Assembly (NCBI RefSeq): GCF_006345805.1 | Contig: NC_043011.1 | Span: forward strand, 58,354,464-58,418,463 | Direction of reading: 5' to 3' | Length of the DNA: 64,000 bases | DNA from: Octopus sinensis | Lineage: Eukaryota | Shown here: piece by piece, positions 25,987 to 38,631 of the stretch | Position numbering within the stretch: the stretch's first letter is position 1 | Layout: the number at the start of each line of letters is the position of its first letter | Notes under the pieces: model-generated | The model's database searches: none | Told to the model about the DNA's origin: nothing | The model's input: only the letters and a program-made list of their open reading frames with translations | Program-made: the position numbers and the translations under genes

Positions 25987-27588
25987 GTTTTTTTCTTCTT
26001 TCAAATTTGCTTCCATTTCTTGCCGAGTGTCTTCCCGACTCCTAGTGCGAAGAAACTCATAGTATACATTGGTAGGCCATTAAACCAAACTCAATAGTTC
26101 GTTCATTTTTTTTTTTTTTTAAGTTATATTAAAATACATGAGCAGTAACAGTTCTCACATCGACAATGCTCTTCTCAATACGTGTGATGTACCAGTTAAG
26201 ACAATCTTTTGCACTTCTTGCAGGGATGGTAAGCCAGGGATCATTCTCATATAATTTTCGGTTCCCTTCTTGATCATTCCTAGTGCTCCTACGATTACTG
26301 GTATTGTAACCGCATTGAGATGCCACATTTTCTCAATTTCAATGTGTAGGTCTTTATATTTTCTGAGCTTGTCAAACTCTTTCGCTGAGATATTATGATC
26401 ACAGGGGATGCTCATGTCGATCAATAAGCAAACTTTATTGTTTTTGTCTTTCACAACAATATCTGGTTTATTGGCCTTGATGGTTCGGTCTGTATGTACT
26501 GGAAAGTCCCACAGAATGGTTACATTTTCTCCTTCAGTTACAGCCTCAGGGTGGTGATTATACCACTTGTCGGTAGTTTTGATATTGTAATGCCGACTTA
26601 TTAGCCAGTGGAGATATTGGCCAAATCTGTCATGTCTTAATTTATACTCCACTGGTGCTAAGACTTTACATCCAGAGATTAGTTGGTCCACTGTTTCAAT
26701 CATATCGTTGCAGAATCGGCATTTTGGGTCTGCTCCATTTTTCATCACATTGGCCTGGTAGTTCCGGGTTAATAGGCTTTGATCTTGAGCAGCCAGGATG
26801 AAACCTTCGCTCTCTGCTTTTAGCCCTGAGCTCCGTAGCCACTGATGGGTTTGCTTCTGGTCAACATCAGCTTGTTTGCTGCGGGTCACATATTTGCCGT
26901 GCAGAGGTTTCTCCTCCCACCTATCAGCCAATTGCTCGTGCGCCTTTTTCATTGCCATCATTTTCACCTTCTTTGCAACAATAGTTGCCGTACTTCCCTC
27001 GGCTTGTTCAGTTTGGGTATCCTGCACTAGAACAATAGCAAATTTTTTGCTTTCCTTTATGATAGAATGAAGCTTCTTTCAGCTTTCGTGATGTTCCACG
27101 AGCTTTAAAATATCGTTCTTCTCCATGAATGCATATGTTTTCTCCGCCAGGATAGATGTTAGGATTTTATACGTGGTGGATAGACAGGTTATAGGCCGAT
27201 AGTTTTTTGGAAGGTTGGTTTCGTTATTCTTTGGGAGTAGGTAAGTAATGTCACTTGCTAACCATTCAGGTGTTTTCTTTGGGTCTCTCATAATTCCATT
27301 GAGCAGCTGAACTAGCTTACCGTGTGCGCATGGGAGCGATGCGAGCCAGAAATTCGGCACCCTATCTTTACCGGGGGATTTCCAATTATGGGCCTTCGTG
27401 AGTGCCTTTCTTAGGTCTGCTATTGTGATGTCTTCCCATGCTTGTAAATTTTGGTAGGATCCTTCGGTTTGTATAATCCAGTCTGCATTTATGTTGTACG
27501 TCTTCTTGTCACTCCAAATCCTTTTCCAAAAGTTTTGAACTTCTTCCATGGGAGGGGGGTCTTTAACGGTTACTTTCTCCTTCCCTAT
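25946..27588 (-). mobile_element. Young-looking, 5'-truncated R4/Dong-type LINE lacking the RT catalytic core
   Basis: In-frame ORFs 27549-27079 (WKSPGKD, NYRPITCL) and 27027-26155 (KPLHGKY, CRFC zinc knuckle, RHD, KPD...D restriction-like endonuclease); 3' UTR with A-run; (AAT)n on both flanks. Confidence 0.92.
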
Positions 27589-27832
27589 TATTATTATTAT
27601 TATTATTATTATTTTATTATTATTTTATATTATTATTATTATTATTATTATTTATCATTATTATTATTATTTTATCATTATTATTATTATTTTATCATTA
27701 TTATTATCATTATTATTATTTTATCATTATTATTGTTATTATTATTATTATTATTATTATCATCATCATTATTATTATTATTTTATCATTGTTATTAACA
27801 TTATTATTATTATTTTATCATTATTATTATTA

Positions 27833-27877
<45 letters not shown>

Positions 27878-28050
27878 CATTATTATTACTATTATAATTA
27901 TTATTATTATTATTATCATAATTCTTCTTATTATTATTATTATCATATTATTATTATTTTATCATTATTTTTACTATTATTATTATTATTACCCTTATTA
28001 TTATTATCAGCATCATTATTTTATTATTATCATTATTATTATTATTATTA

Positions 28051-28121
<71 letters not shown>

Positions 28122-28122
28122 T
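27588..28122. repeat. About 535 bp imperfect (ATT)n array
   Basis: Directly visible; abuts the 5' end of the LINE. Confidence 0.95.
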
Positions 28123-28176
28123 AGCAGCCCCTTTTCCGGTAGCCAAATTCTACTCCTGTAGCTGTCATAGAATTAC

Positions 28177-28231
28177 CGAAATTCTGCATTTGGCAATCGG
28201 AACTTGAGCAGGTCATGTTTCTCTAAATAGC
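28177..28231 (-). other. Candidate 55-nt micro-exon of the minus-strand host gene
   Basis: aaaattttacag|GCTATTTAG...GAATTTCG|gtaatt; one open frame, YLEKHDLLKFRLPNAEF. Confidence 0.25.
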
Positions 28232-28338
28232 CTGTAAAATTTTGAGTTCGAACGAACCGAATCATAATGTTCTAAATATTAATACACGGAATTCCTACTC
28301 AATGCGTTGTCTTTCGTTTCTCTACTCACTCGTATATA

Positions 28339-28412
<74 letters not shown>

Positions 28413-28415
<3 letters not shown>

Positions 28416-28730
28416 CAAGACCAACTACTCCTGTTCCTCCGATCACCTTATCTACGTTCTCACATGCGCTGGTTGCCACTGAGTGACCACATAGACTCAT
28501 GTGCTAAAGACAAAAATCCCAAATTCTACATATTCCCCTTTTACCAATGTAAAGGCGGAATCACCACACAGGAGATAATTAACAGGGAGAATCTCTTTAT
28601 AGAAAAATTCAAAACGCATCTTAATAGGCAAACTCCTCGTTGATCATACATCTTTTTTCTACCTCATTCTTCATGGATGGACTAACACAAATATATAAGG
28701 ATACCATGCAGTCATCACCTCAAGCTAAAA
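28413..28730 (+). mobile_element. Penelope-like element 3' fragment (GIY-YIG C-terminus)
   Basis: LSDHIDSCAKDKNPKFYIFPFYQCK...RENLFIEKFKTHLN; begins at a (TA)n array. Confidence 0.75.
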
Positions 28731-28762
28731 CTTATATTCTTTAAATATCATTATTATTATTG

Positions 28763-28794
<32 letters not shown>

Positions 28795-29528
28795 TTATTA
28801 TATATGACATAACAATCTGAAATGTAATTATAAATTGGTTTATGCAAATTTATATAATTAGAAAACGATATAAATAAAGTGTTAAAATCTGAATGTTAAG
28901 TTAGCAAACAATTATATAAAAAAAGATAATGCAAATGAAGCTAAAATGATAATTTTATAATTTAAGGTTTATTAACACCGTTTATAACAAAAAATTGACA
29001 AACCCAAATTAAAGAGCTTAAAACCCATAGAGTTGTCTCCCCTTATTCACAACACAGGAACTGGACTACTACTACTTCCTGTTTTGCCATGCACTTAAGC
29101 GACACTCTTAATTAAATTAAACAACACATGGATTCAATCCCATTGGATCTCAACACTTCAAGGTAACTTTTTCGTGAACATTCATTAAACTCAAGATACA
29201 CAAAGACTTTACAATGTATCGAAGTACCTATTTTTTAATTTTTGTATATATTTATTTTTATGTTTTTGCCAAAAACAATGTTATTTTCTTTTTTCCCCCT
29301 CCTCACATTTAAAAAAGTTTCTTTTCTTTACAATTCTTGAAAAGTCAAATTATGGCGAAAACCGGTTTGAATTAATATATATTTATATATTTTATCAATT
29401 TTTCAAAAACTTTTCCATACACCCATTTTCATAAAAAATTTCTTTCAATTTAGCATTCTGCCTTTTTACAATTTTACCTTGCTTATCATTTCTCCACGTG
29501 CGGTCAACACAACCCCACCATTTATTGA

Positions 29529-29529
<1 letters not shown>

Positions 29530-29582
<53 letters not shown>

Positions 29583-29618
29583 TACATATATATACATATA
29601 AATATACAAGCATACATA

Positions 29619-29709
<91 letters not shown>

Positions 29710-29739
29710 TATACATATGTATATATATAATACATATAC

Positions 29740-29773
<34 letters not shown>

Positions 29774-29775
29774 AT

Positions 29776-29826
<51 letters not shown>
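29530..29826. repeat. (TA)n/(TACA)n microsatellite
   Basis: Directly visible. Confidence 0.95.
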
Positions 29827-29828
<2 letters not shown>

Positions 29829-30599
29829 TCACACATGCTAAAAACAAGCAAATTCCAACGTAATCGTGAATGTAGTCAATTTCCTTTTACGTAGAACATG
29901 TCATTACGACATCGTCGTGTCAGTTGACCACCCATTTCAAAGAAGTACCATTAGAGTACATTATAAGAGTGTGTGGAACATACTTCAAAGAAACTTCTCA
30001 TTAGCCGTTAACGCTTTCGACTTGTGTAATAGTCTGGACAAAAAAATAAAAAAAGTAAGTACATTTTCTGTAAAATATTCATTAATAACAAAATACAAAC
30101 CAATAACAGCGTTGTGGCTACAGAGCACATAAATGGAGGCATAAAAGATTACCAGAATTTCAATTCAAACTTGTTTTTACTAAACACGCATAAGGAAAAA
30201 ATAACGAATTCTGGCAAATACGATGAAAGTGAAAGAGTATTCAGCAATAATCAGCTAATATTCGGCAATAAAATTAAACTGAAGGTATTTTTGTTGTTTG
30301 AACTTATTTAGATTTGGTTTCTATATTGAGAAATGACTGAACTCTCGAAAGATGAGCGCCTGTGAGATTTATAGCCATCATTAACTGAAAAACTGTGACT
30401 GGAAGTAACCACACTTTTGGACAGGTTATTTGCACTATAGCGTTTGATATTGAAATTTCGCTTTCGGATTTCGAACATTTACAAATAAATCATTTCGAAC
30501 TTTCAATAACATTTTTACTCTGGTTCTTTCCAGATACATTTAATTACTATTTCCAAGTAATCTTACAATGCATGTTGGCATACCCCACACACATGTAGG

Positions 30600-30624
30600 A
30601 ATATATGTATCCGTTTATATATAT

Positions 30625-30668
<44 letters not shown>

Positions 30669-30784
30669 TATATATATATACACATATAATATATATGTAT
30701 ACATAAATATATACATATATATTTACACATATATATATACATATATATATACATATATATGTATACATACATATACATATATAT

Positions 30785-30818
<34 letters not shown>

Positions 30819-31052
30819 GCATTATATATATATACATATATATATTTACATATATATATATATATTATATATATATACATATATATATATATACATATAT
30901 ATATATACATACATACGTACATATATATATATATATACATACATACGTACATATATATATATAATACATACATATATATACATACATACGTGCATATATA
31001 TATATATATATACATACATATAAACAAGTGTATATGTGTGTGTGTATGTATA
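30600..31052. repeat. (TA)n/(TACA)n microsatellite
   Basis: Directly visible. Confidence 0.95.
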
Positions 31053-31314
31053 TGTGCGTCGCTGTGCTTGTGTCTGAATATTCATGTAAGTGGTTTCGCT
31101 CTTTGCTTCAAAATTTAGTTGAAACATTTAGTTAGAGCTTTTATTTCATTGACGTATTTCTGGATAATGACTTTTTTTTCCTGAGATTCTGCTTTCAATT
31201 ATGGATACTTCAAAAGCAAAGAATCCTGGAGCTGAATAATAGCAACTCTAAACCAGACGGGGGGGGGGATTTTATTAGATACAGACACCATTTCTTTGGC
31301 CCCTGACTGCTTAC

Positions 31315-31400
31315 AACCAAATGCGACACTTCACATCACCTTCAACATAATGTTGACAAGCTGTAACCAAAAGGATCCAGGAGGTCAACGCAAAGGTCAT
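31315..31400 (-). CDS. Candidate first coding exon of an unidentified secreted or membrane protein (signal peptide)
   Basis: Exon 31409-31315 with acceptor ttgtaacttatctattttcag| and donor |gtaagc; ACG-ATG context; translates MTFALTSWILLVTACQHYVEG-DVKCRIW with a hydrophobic core and V-x-G cleavage site. Confidence 0.55.
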
Positions 31401-31711
31401 CGTTCGAAACTGAAAATAGATAAGTTACAACAACACAAAAGGAAAAAAAAAATTATTTACAAAATATTTAAACTCGAGCACAGCCGCGATTCTAGTATAA
31501 GGTGCTGCAGAGAAAATATGCATACCTTGGTGTATATTTCCAGTCTCATGCACATACAGACACGCAGACGCACGCACGCGCACACTGACGCGCAGACGCG
31601 TGCGTGCACACACGTTGTATGAGTTTGTGGCTCTGTATGCGTGCGAAAATATGTATTTGAACGTGTGCTTGTTTATATATACACACACACAACACACACA
31701 CACACACACAG

Positions 31712-31748
<37 letters not shown>

Positions 31749-31944
31749 ATATATATACGTATGTATGTGTGTGTGGTGTGTATGTACACACACACACACA
31801 TATATACATATATATATATGTATAACTCTATGCATCTATATATGTATATACATAAATGATGTATATGTATATATAAGTATATTTATCAAGCAATCAATCG
31901 GTCTATCCATAGATCTCTTTTTCTTTCTCTCTCTCTCTCTCTAA

Positions 31945-32029
<85 letters not shown>

Positions 32030-32905
32030 CACACGCATACATTATTATACAGAAAATAACATGAAGTATAGCGTCAGAACATCAGTAGCAGCGAATGCCT
32101 ATAACCCCGTACTGCCAAAATGAAAACAGAAAATTAAATAAAAATATTACATAGTTCACGGCTGTAAAACTCCACGCTAACCATTCGTATGACACCGACT
32201 AAGTTGAAAGAAACTAGAGGCGTATGATGAATGAACGTGTGATAACCTATGAAATCAGACAACTCTCGAACCTCGATGATGATACAGTTCAAGCAAAAAT
32301 TATCAATGAATAACCGAATAAAAAAGAAAAGCATATAAAATCAGAACGAATGAAAGAACTGAAACAAATCCACAAATACGAGACGGTTGCAAGAGTTCAG
32401 TAAACAATTGTTGTCGATGCGGGAAGTTTCGACAAGCAAAACAAAATAATGAATAATATTAACATTTATATAATTAAGGTGCTTGGCCTGTTTATGACTT
32501 TCGCTTTCAACATATATTTGTAAGCGCTTAGACAGAAAGTTTTATAGCGCAGACAAAGACACAAACAATAATACGTGTGTGCGTGTGTGTGTGTATGTGT
32601 GTGTGCTCGTGGATATGTGCGTGTGAACGTGCAGCTCCTCAATGTCAGGGTGTTACATTCGTATTTTCAAGATCCTAGTTCCGACTATCAGACCGGTGGT
32701 GTTTTGTGGTCTTGAGCAAAAAAAAAACTTCATTTCACGCTGCTTCCGCCCACTTAGCATTAGGTGTGCGAAAATATACGACAGAATCGTACCCTGACAA
32801 GGAGGAAATGTTGCCCTACCCGCCTAGCCAGCTATTTGCCATCAACCGAAGTCTACGACATAGCGACGAAGGAGCGCAATATTTATTGCCACACAGTAAC
32901 GCCTT

Positions 32906-32949
<44 letters not shown>

Positions 32950-33009
32950 CACACGCACACAAGTATGTATGCATGCATGTATATTGGCATGCATGTGTAT
33001 ATTTATTTT

Positions 33010-33480
33010 TATTGAGTGAGAGTGAAGAGCATGCCATGAAAGTGACACTAGGGTACAAATATGCAAATATACTGGGATATAAATGTACCTATCATGGCTA
33101 CTCGTCTGAGAAGGGTACACCAAGCACATGCATCACAGAGTAGCGAAAAATGCATCGGAGTCTTTAGTCATTTGTCAAGTTATAACAAGCACCTCAGACA
33201 GATAATACTTTCCTTAAGATATGCGCTGTGTCCAATAAGGCCGCTTTTTGCATGCACTTTTTAGTTGCTTTAAGAAGTATTGAAGTTTCAATGGGATTGA
33301 GCCCAACGCTTCGATCACTACTGGTATCACTTCTACATTACCATCTCGCATTCCATACAGTCTTGCCATTTCCACTTTCAATTCGGAGTACTTGGTGATT
33401 TTTTTCAACCTCTTTACTCTCAACAGTTATGTCATTTGGTATGGCTACATCAATGGTCTGACTGTATTTGTCTCATTCAA
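33010..33480 (-). mobile_element. R4/Dong-type LINE 3' relic
   Basis: KITKYSELKVEMARLY...VIPVVIEALGSIP endonuclease C-terminus, followed by 3' UTR. Confidence 0.8.
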
Positions 33481-33497
33481 TATGAAAAATACGGCAG

Positions 33498-33566
33498 ATT
33501 CTTCTTCTTCTTCTTCTTCTTCTTCTTTTCTTCTTCTTCTTCTTCTTTCTTCTTCTTCTTCTTCTT

Positions 33567-33661
<95 letters not shown>

Positions 33662-33706
33662 AATAATAATATTATTTGTTGTTGTTGTTGTTGTTGTTGT
33701 TGTTAT
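33498..33706. repeat. Compound (TCT)-(ATT)-(AAT)-(GTT) microsatellite
   Basis: Directly visible. Confidence 0.95.
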
Positions 33707-33896
33707 TAGTTAGTACATATTATATGTATTCTAGCAGATTCCCATTTGGCGATGCTTGGAGAGTTTGTTTATCAGCTATAGTTTCGCGTTAGTTTATATT
33801 CGGTTCGTCTTAGGTGTGTTTTCGTGTTTGGAACTTTAACATTATTTTCTCTCTCCTGTCTGGATTAAACCATATTTTTATTTATTGTTGTTATTA

Positions 33897-34105
33897 GAGC
33901 GGTGATATGGCCAAATTGTGAACACGCCAGGCAGAATTGTTAGCGGCATTTTGTACGTCTATATCATCTTAGTTGAAATTCTGCCGAGAGCAACTTTGCA
34001 TATAACCCTTTAGGGCTCGATAAGTACCAGTTATGCACTTGGGTCAATATAACTGTCTTACCCACTTGCCCGAAAGTGCTAGTCTTCAGTCAAAGTTCGA
34101 AATGC
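33897..34105 (+). mobile_element. SINE family A, degenerate monomer
   Basis: Head and gataagtaccagttatgcact core are recognisable. Confidence 0.65.
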
Positions 34106-34175
34106 ATTTTATTATCATTTGTGTTGTTGGATTGGTGTTTATTGTAGTATCTAGTGACATAGATACTACAATTAT

Positions 34176-34214
<39 letters not shown>

Positions 34215-35014
34215 ATATATACAGTACTATGGCAATCAATGTAGTTATTTTCTTTCTCCCGTGGCGTCTAATTTTATTTCATAAGTTGTCATAAACAGAG
34301 ATTTTGAACACCGAACAAACTTATCTGAAATTTGACATTGGTCCCAAGTGTCAATCAAGAAGTTTAATTAATATTTCCCTCGTGAAAGAACAAAAATTGG
34401 ATGCACAATGAAACATTGTACATTCACAATAGCTTGCAAACCAATATTAACTCGATTGTCTAAATTCAATAAAAGAATCGTAAGGGGCGATAATGGAAGC
34501 AAACGTCTATTTAATTTAATGCCTGACCTTATGTGGCAGTTAATTTATCGCGTTTCACGACATAGCTACTCAACTCTATTTAATAGATGGATTAATCGAA
34601 ATAAATTCAAATTTTTTTTATATTATCCGTGGTTGAATGTTATTGTTTTTTTATGTCCGTTAAATGTTGTAGTTTGATTAAAGTATTTTCAATGGAGTGT
34701 GGCTAAATATAAACATTAATAATATTTTCAATGATTAGATTTTGCTGCAGGTAGAACGTTCGCTAAATGTCTTCCGTCCAAAACTTGTATGTTATTGAAT
34801 TTCTGTAATATTTGTGTGCACCCTTATTCGTATACAATTAAAAGTATTAAATATTAACTAACGTACCTTGCGGATTTATGAACTGCTACATCAGAGTCCG
34901 CAGATTGTAGTCTTTCTAAAGTGCAAGAACATATGTTTCTCATTGTTACAGTGTAATGTTAGCTGCTCTTGGTTATATATTACCTGACATATTAACAGCC
35001 TCCCCATTTCTGTC

Positions 35015-35104
<90 letters not shown>

Positions 35105-35114
35105 TATATATATA

Positions 35115-35274
35115 TAGTTAATCCAAACATGAAAACACAACAACGCGAGGACGTGGAACAAATATAGTGTTATTGGACGCTCAGGAAAGGAAAGAAAGAA
35201 GGAGGGTTTAACGTTTCTAGCGGAGCTCTTCGTCAGAAACAGAGGAAAAAGAAAGATCCAAGGAAGGGAAGAGG

Positions 35275-35275
<1 letters not shown>
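35115..35275 (-). mobile_element. Penelope-like terminal module with hammerhead-like motif
   Basis: Minus strand gttt-CTGACGA-a-gagc-tcc-gcta-GAAA-cgt-t-aaac (35240-35206); TA arrays on both sides. Confidence 0.65.
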
Positions 35276-35324
<49 letters not shown>

Positions 35325-35599
35325 ATATATATATATCATGGAAATATGTTACAAAACACAATAAAAACTACACGTCGAAATGAAAGGGGAAAGTAAGAAC
35401 AGAAATAAGCGAAAATGCACATTGGAAATAAAAAAAGTAAAGACTTTTTATGAAAGTTAACGATAGACATATACAATTAGATGAACTGAGGCTGGAATAT
35501 AAGTAATAAAAGTCATTATTGTGAATTGTTACAGAGATTTAAAAGCATACCGGTTTCGTAAATTTACTAATCATTGCTTTGAGCAGTCAGTTCCAAACC

Positions 35600-36700
35600 C
35601 CTAATCGATTTAAGTCTATGGGTCTGCTCGATTTCATATTCAATTCCAGACAGTGACACATGTTAGTCTAAGCCATACTAGCTTGCAGTACTTCACGCAC
35701 CACTTTTGTTTGTTTTCACGCTTATGAACATCAACATTTGAGAAAACTATAGCTCAAATATTACAACGTTTTGCAAGCCTGAAATCAACCAGCTCATGGA
35801 CGAAAAATGGTTGTCTTGAATGTTAAAATTCTCGCTATCTAAAAATCAGACACCAACGTCGGACAAACAAAAAGAAAGTTGCTATGTACGTTTATGCTTA
35901 TTTGAATAGAGCATGCAAATGTTTTAATGCCATCATAATATATTTGACAGTGTTGATTTAATTGGAGGTAAGTGTCCAAGCAAAATGCATCAGAATTGCT
36001 TGATCCTCTGAACTTGTACAAATTTCTCTACTTGCTTCCACGTTGCTAAGCATGCGATACATATCAGTGATCTTTGATATAATCTAAATCCATATCGTTC
36101 ATTTTATCTTTAATTGGTGTTTGGTAATTTCCCGCATGTTTCAGATAATACATTAAAAATATACCTTAATGCCGAGAGAGAACGGTATTAATAATTACCA
36201 AATTATCCTTCGATTGAAGTTCAATTTTAAAATCATTTTACGATCATTTCACGGAATATATTATATTGCGTGAAATGTTGGACTTGGAATGCCAAGTTCC
36301 CTCGTCTTATTTCGTTCCGAGTTTTAATACGATGCATCATTTCGCAATCCAGTTAATGATTTGGTGATTACATTGACAGTGTTTACCAATTTAGTAGCGT
36401 TGCTCCATTAGAAAGAAGCGTTTGCATACTTCTCTAGAGCAGCTCCTATACAAATGTCACAGCAGTTGCAAAGATTTACTCTTTGGAAACGGTTTTGCAG
36501 CTGTATCTTGGCGTGTATCTTACTAACGTTCAAAGAATTTATGTGACTACACATAGTCCCCACAAACATGCAATATCTGCTGATTTGAAAGGGACAAAAG
36601 CCAGAAAGCAAAATAGGGAAGTTTCCTTGGATTACTCCCGTTTTAATATGCTTTTAAGTACCGTACCAAGAAATCCTTAGTATACTTTTCAGGATTTTTA
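35600..36700 (-). mobile_element. Degenerate hAT (Buster/Charlie-like) transposase relic
   Basis: CSHINSLNVS (cf. FSHLNELNLS) and EL*FSQMLMFISVKT...VSLSGI (cf. dimerisation region E.GFS.L..IKTK...LALS.I). Confidence 0.4.
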
Positions 36701-36769
36701 GAACTAGTTGTTATAAATTATAGTCTTATTGTGTCTCTGCCAATAGGTTTCTAATACATTGTATTGTGT

Positions 36770-37158
36770 AAGGCAGAATCGTAAGTACGCCGGGCGAAAT
36801 GCTTAGCGGTATTTCCTCTGCCGTTACGTTCTGAGTTCAAATTCCGCTGAGGTCGACTTTGTCTTTCATCCTTTCGGGGTCGATTATATAAGTACCAGTT
36901 ACGCACTGGGATCGATATAATCGACTTAATCCGTCTGTTCGTCCTTGTTTGTCCCCTCTGTGTTTAGCCCCTTGTGGATAGTAAAGAATTAGGTATTTCG
37001 TCTGTCTTTATGTTCTGAGTTCAAATTCCGCCGAGGTCGACTTTACCATTCATCCTTTCGGGGTGGGTATATTAAGTACCAGTTGTGTACTGGGGTCGAT
37101 CAAATCGACTGGCTCGCTCCCAGAAATTTCGGGCCTTGTTCCTAGAGTAGAAAATAAT
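36770..37158 (+). mobile_element. SINE family A, dimeric copy
   Basis: Same two-unit structure as 4196. Confidence 0.9.
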
Positions 37159-37483
37159 ATATTGTCTTTTTATATTATTATTAGTTGTTGTTCACGAAGC
37201 TCTTTCTAGCCACCCTGTTCTGCATATATGGTGGGCTAGCAGATGACGTAAGAGCGTTCAGCTTTCACCGAATGTACTGCACAAAAAGGATTTGTTTATA
37301 AACGAGATTATTTGTTTCTAAGTGCATATGGAACAATTAGATATCCATTTTCAAAAGTTTTGTGTAGACACACAATGCACAAAATAAACGTGTAGCCCTC
37401 AACAGATAATTCATTAGAAGATAATTTATTTACAATAGCACCATCTGACAAAAAGATGCAGGATCCTGTCGGCTGGAACTCAC

Positions 37484-37520
37484 ATTTCGTCCTCTCTCAG
37501 ATACGTAATATCGTTCATCA
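37484..37520 (-). other. Candidate 37-nt 5' UTR micro-exon
   Basis: ccatccctacag|TGATGAACG...GACGAAAT|gtgagt. Confidence 0.3.
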
Positions 37521-37667
37521 CTGTAGGGATGGATATATTCCATACATTAAGGAGCTAAGTCTAATGGAGCAGCAAAAATAAGGAAAAGAAAACAAACAAA
37601 GAATTCGAGACTGTATATAGAGCACGTGCTGATTCTGTTCTGCAATGATTTTAACAACCACGAGTCC

Positions 37668-37752
37668 TATAGGCTGAGGTGAACTAGCAAAATCGTTAGC
37701 TCGACGGACAATATGCTGAGTGGCATTTCGTTCGCGTTTATATTCTGATCTC
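37668..37752 (+). mobile_element. SINE family A head, degenerate
   Basis: ggtgaactagcaaaatcgttagc...gtggcatttcgttc. Confidence 0.55.
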
Positions 37753-38189
37753 ATATAAGAGTAACAGATCAGAGCATAAAACTAGTTTTCCCCCCGATTA
37801 GTACTTAAAAGATTAATGAGTCATATTGCTAATTAAATGTTGTGTATTATATTGAGGAAGCGTAATTCCAAATATTTGATCAATGTGCAGTGTAGATAAA
37901 TAAAGGGTTATTTATTTGAAAGTTGTAATTACATACAAATTGGGGTACACCCGAAAGACCCCTGGGGTAATTTTATTCAGGTTCTTTTCACCTTTCTATT
38001 TTCCCTCTTTTTTTTTTCACACTATATTTCAGATGATTATAAAGCAAGAGATATTACTAATGATATCATCACGCACCTGCTGATATAGAAATATAACAAC
38101 GAGAAACATTAAAAACGAAAAATTTATTCTTACAAAAAAGAAAAGTCTACAGTTAAAATTTAGGTAATACATATCTTTTACAGTTCAAT

Positions 38190-38282
38190 ATTTAAGAGAT
38201 GAGGAATTATGCACAATATTTACATTTCACGGATATTTGTCCTCATCTTCTTTGTTGTTAACACAATGTTTCATGACTTGAA

Positions 38283-38347
<65 letters not shown>

Positions 38348-38362
38348 ATAATAATAATGATG

Positions 38363-38410
<48 letters not shown>

Positions 38411-38550
38411 CGAAAAATACTTAAGAATGAGAAAACCTGGTTCGAAATTTCCTCAAGATACCCGATGAAGGCTGGAGGGTATATCAGCTGAAACGTTGTG
38501 TTAATAACAAACAAGATGTGGACAAATATCTGTCAAATATAAATAACGTA
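38190..38550. mobile_element. Inverted pair of Penelope-like termini around a (TAC)n(TAA)n spacer
   Basis: 38212-38272 is the approximate reverse complement of 38490-38550; hammerhead-like ccgatga-a-ggctg...cagct-gaaa-cgtt at 38462-38497. Confidence 0.65.
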
Positions 38551-38631
38551 AATTTATCTTTTAATTATTCAAATTTATTTCACTGAAAATTCAAGCTTTA
38601 CGACATTATCATTTCAATTATTAATATAGAT

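Noticed and set aside
29983-30032. Minus-strand exon-like unit with strong acceptor and gtatgt donor
   Set aside because: Stops in all three frames and lies downstream of the candidate start codon; at most a poison or cryptic exon
16212-38514. Poly-I, poly-Y, poly-L, poly-P and poly-T ORFs (16212, 16847, 25323-25592, 27451-28207, 33392, 38209)
   Set aside because: Triplet microsatellite artefacts
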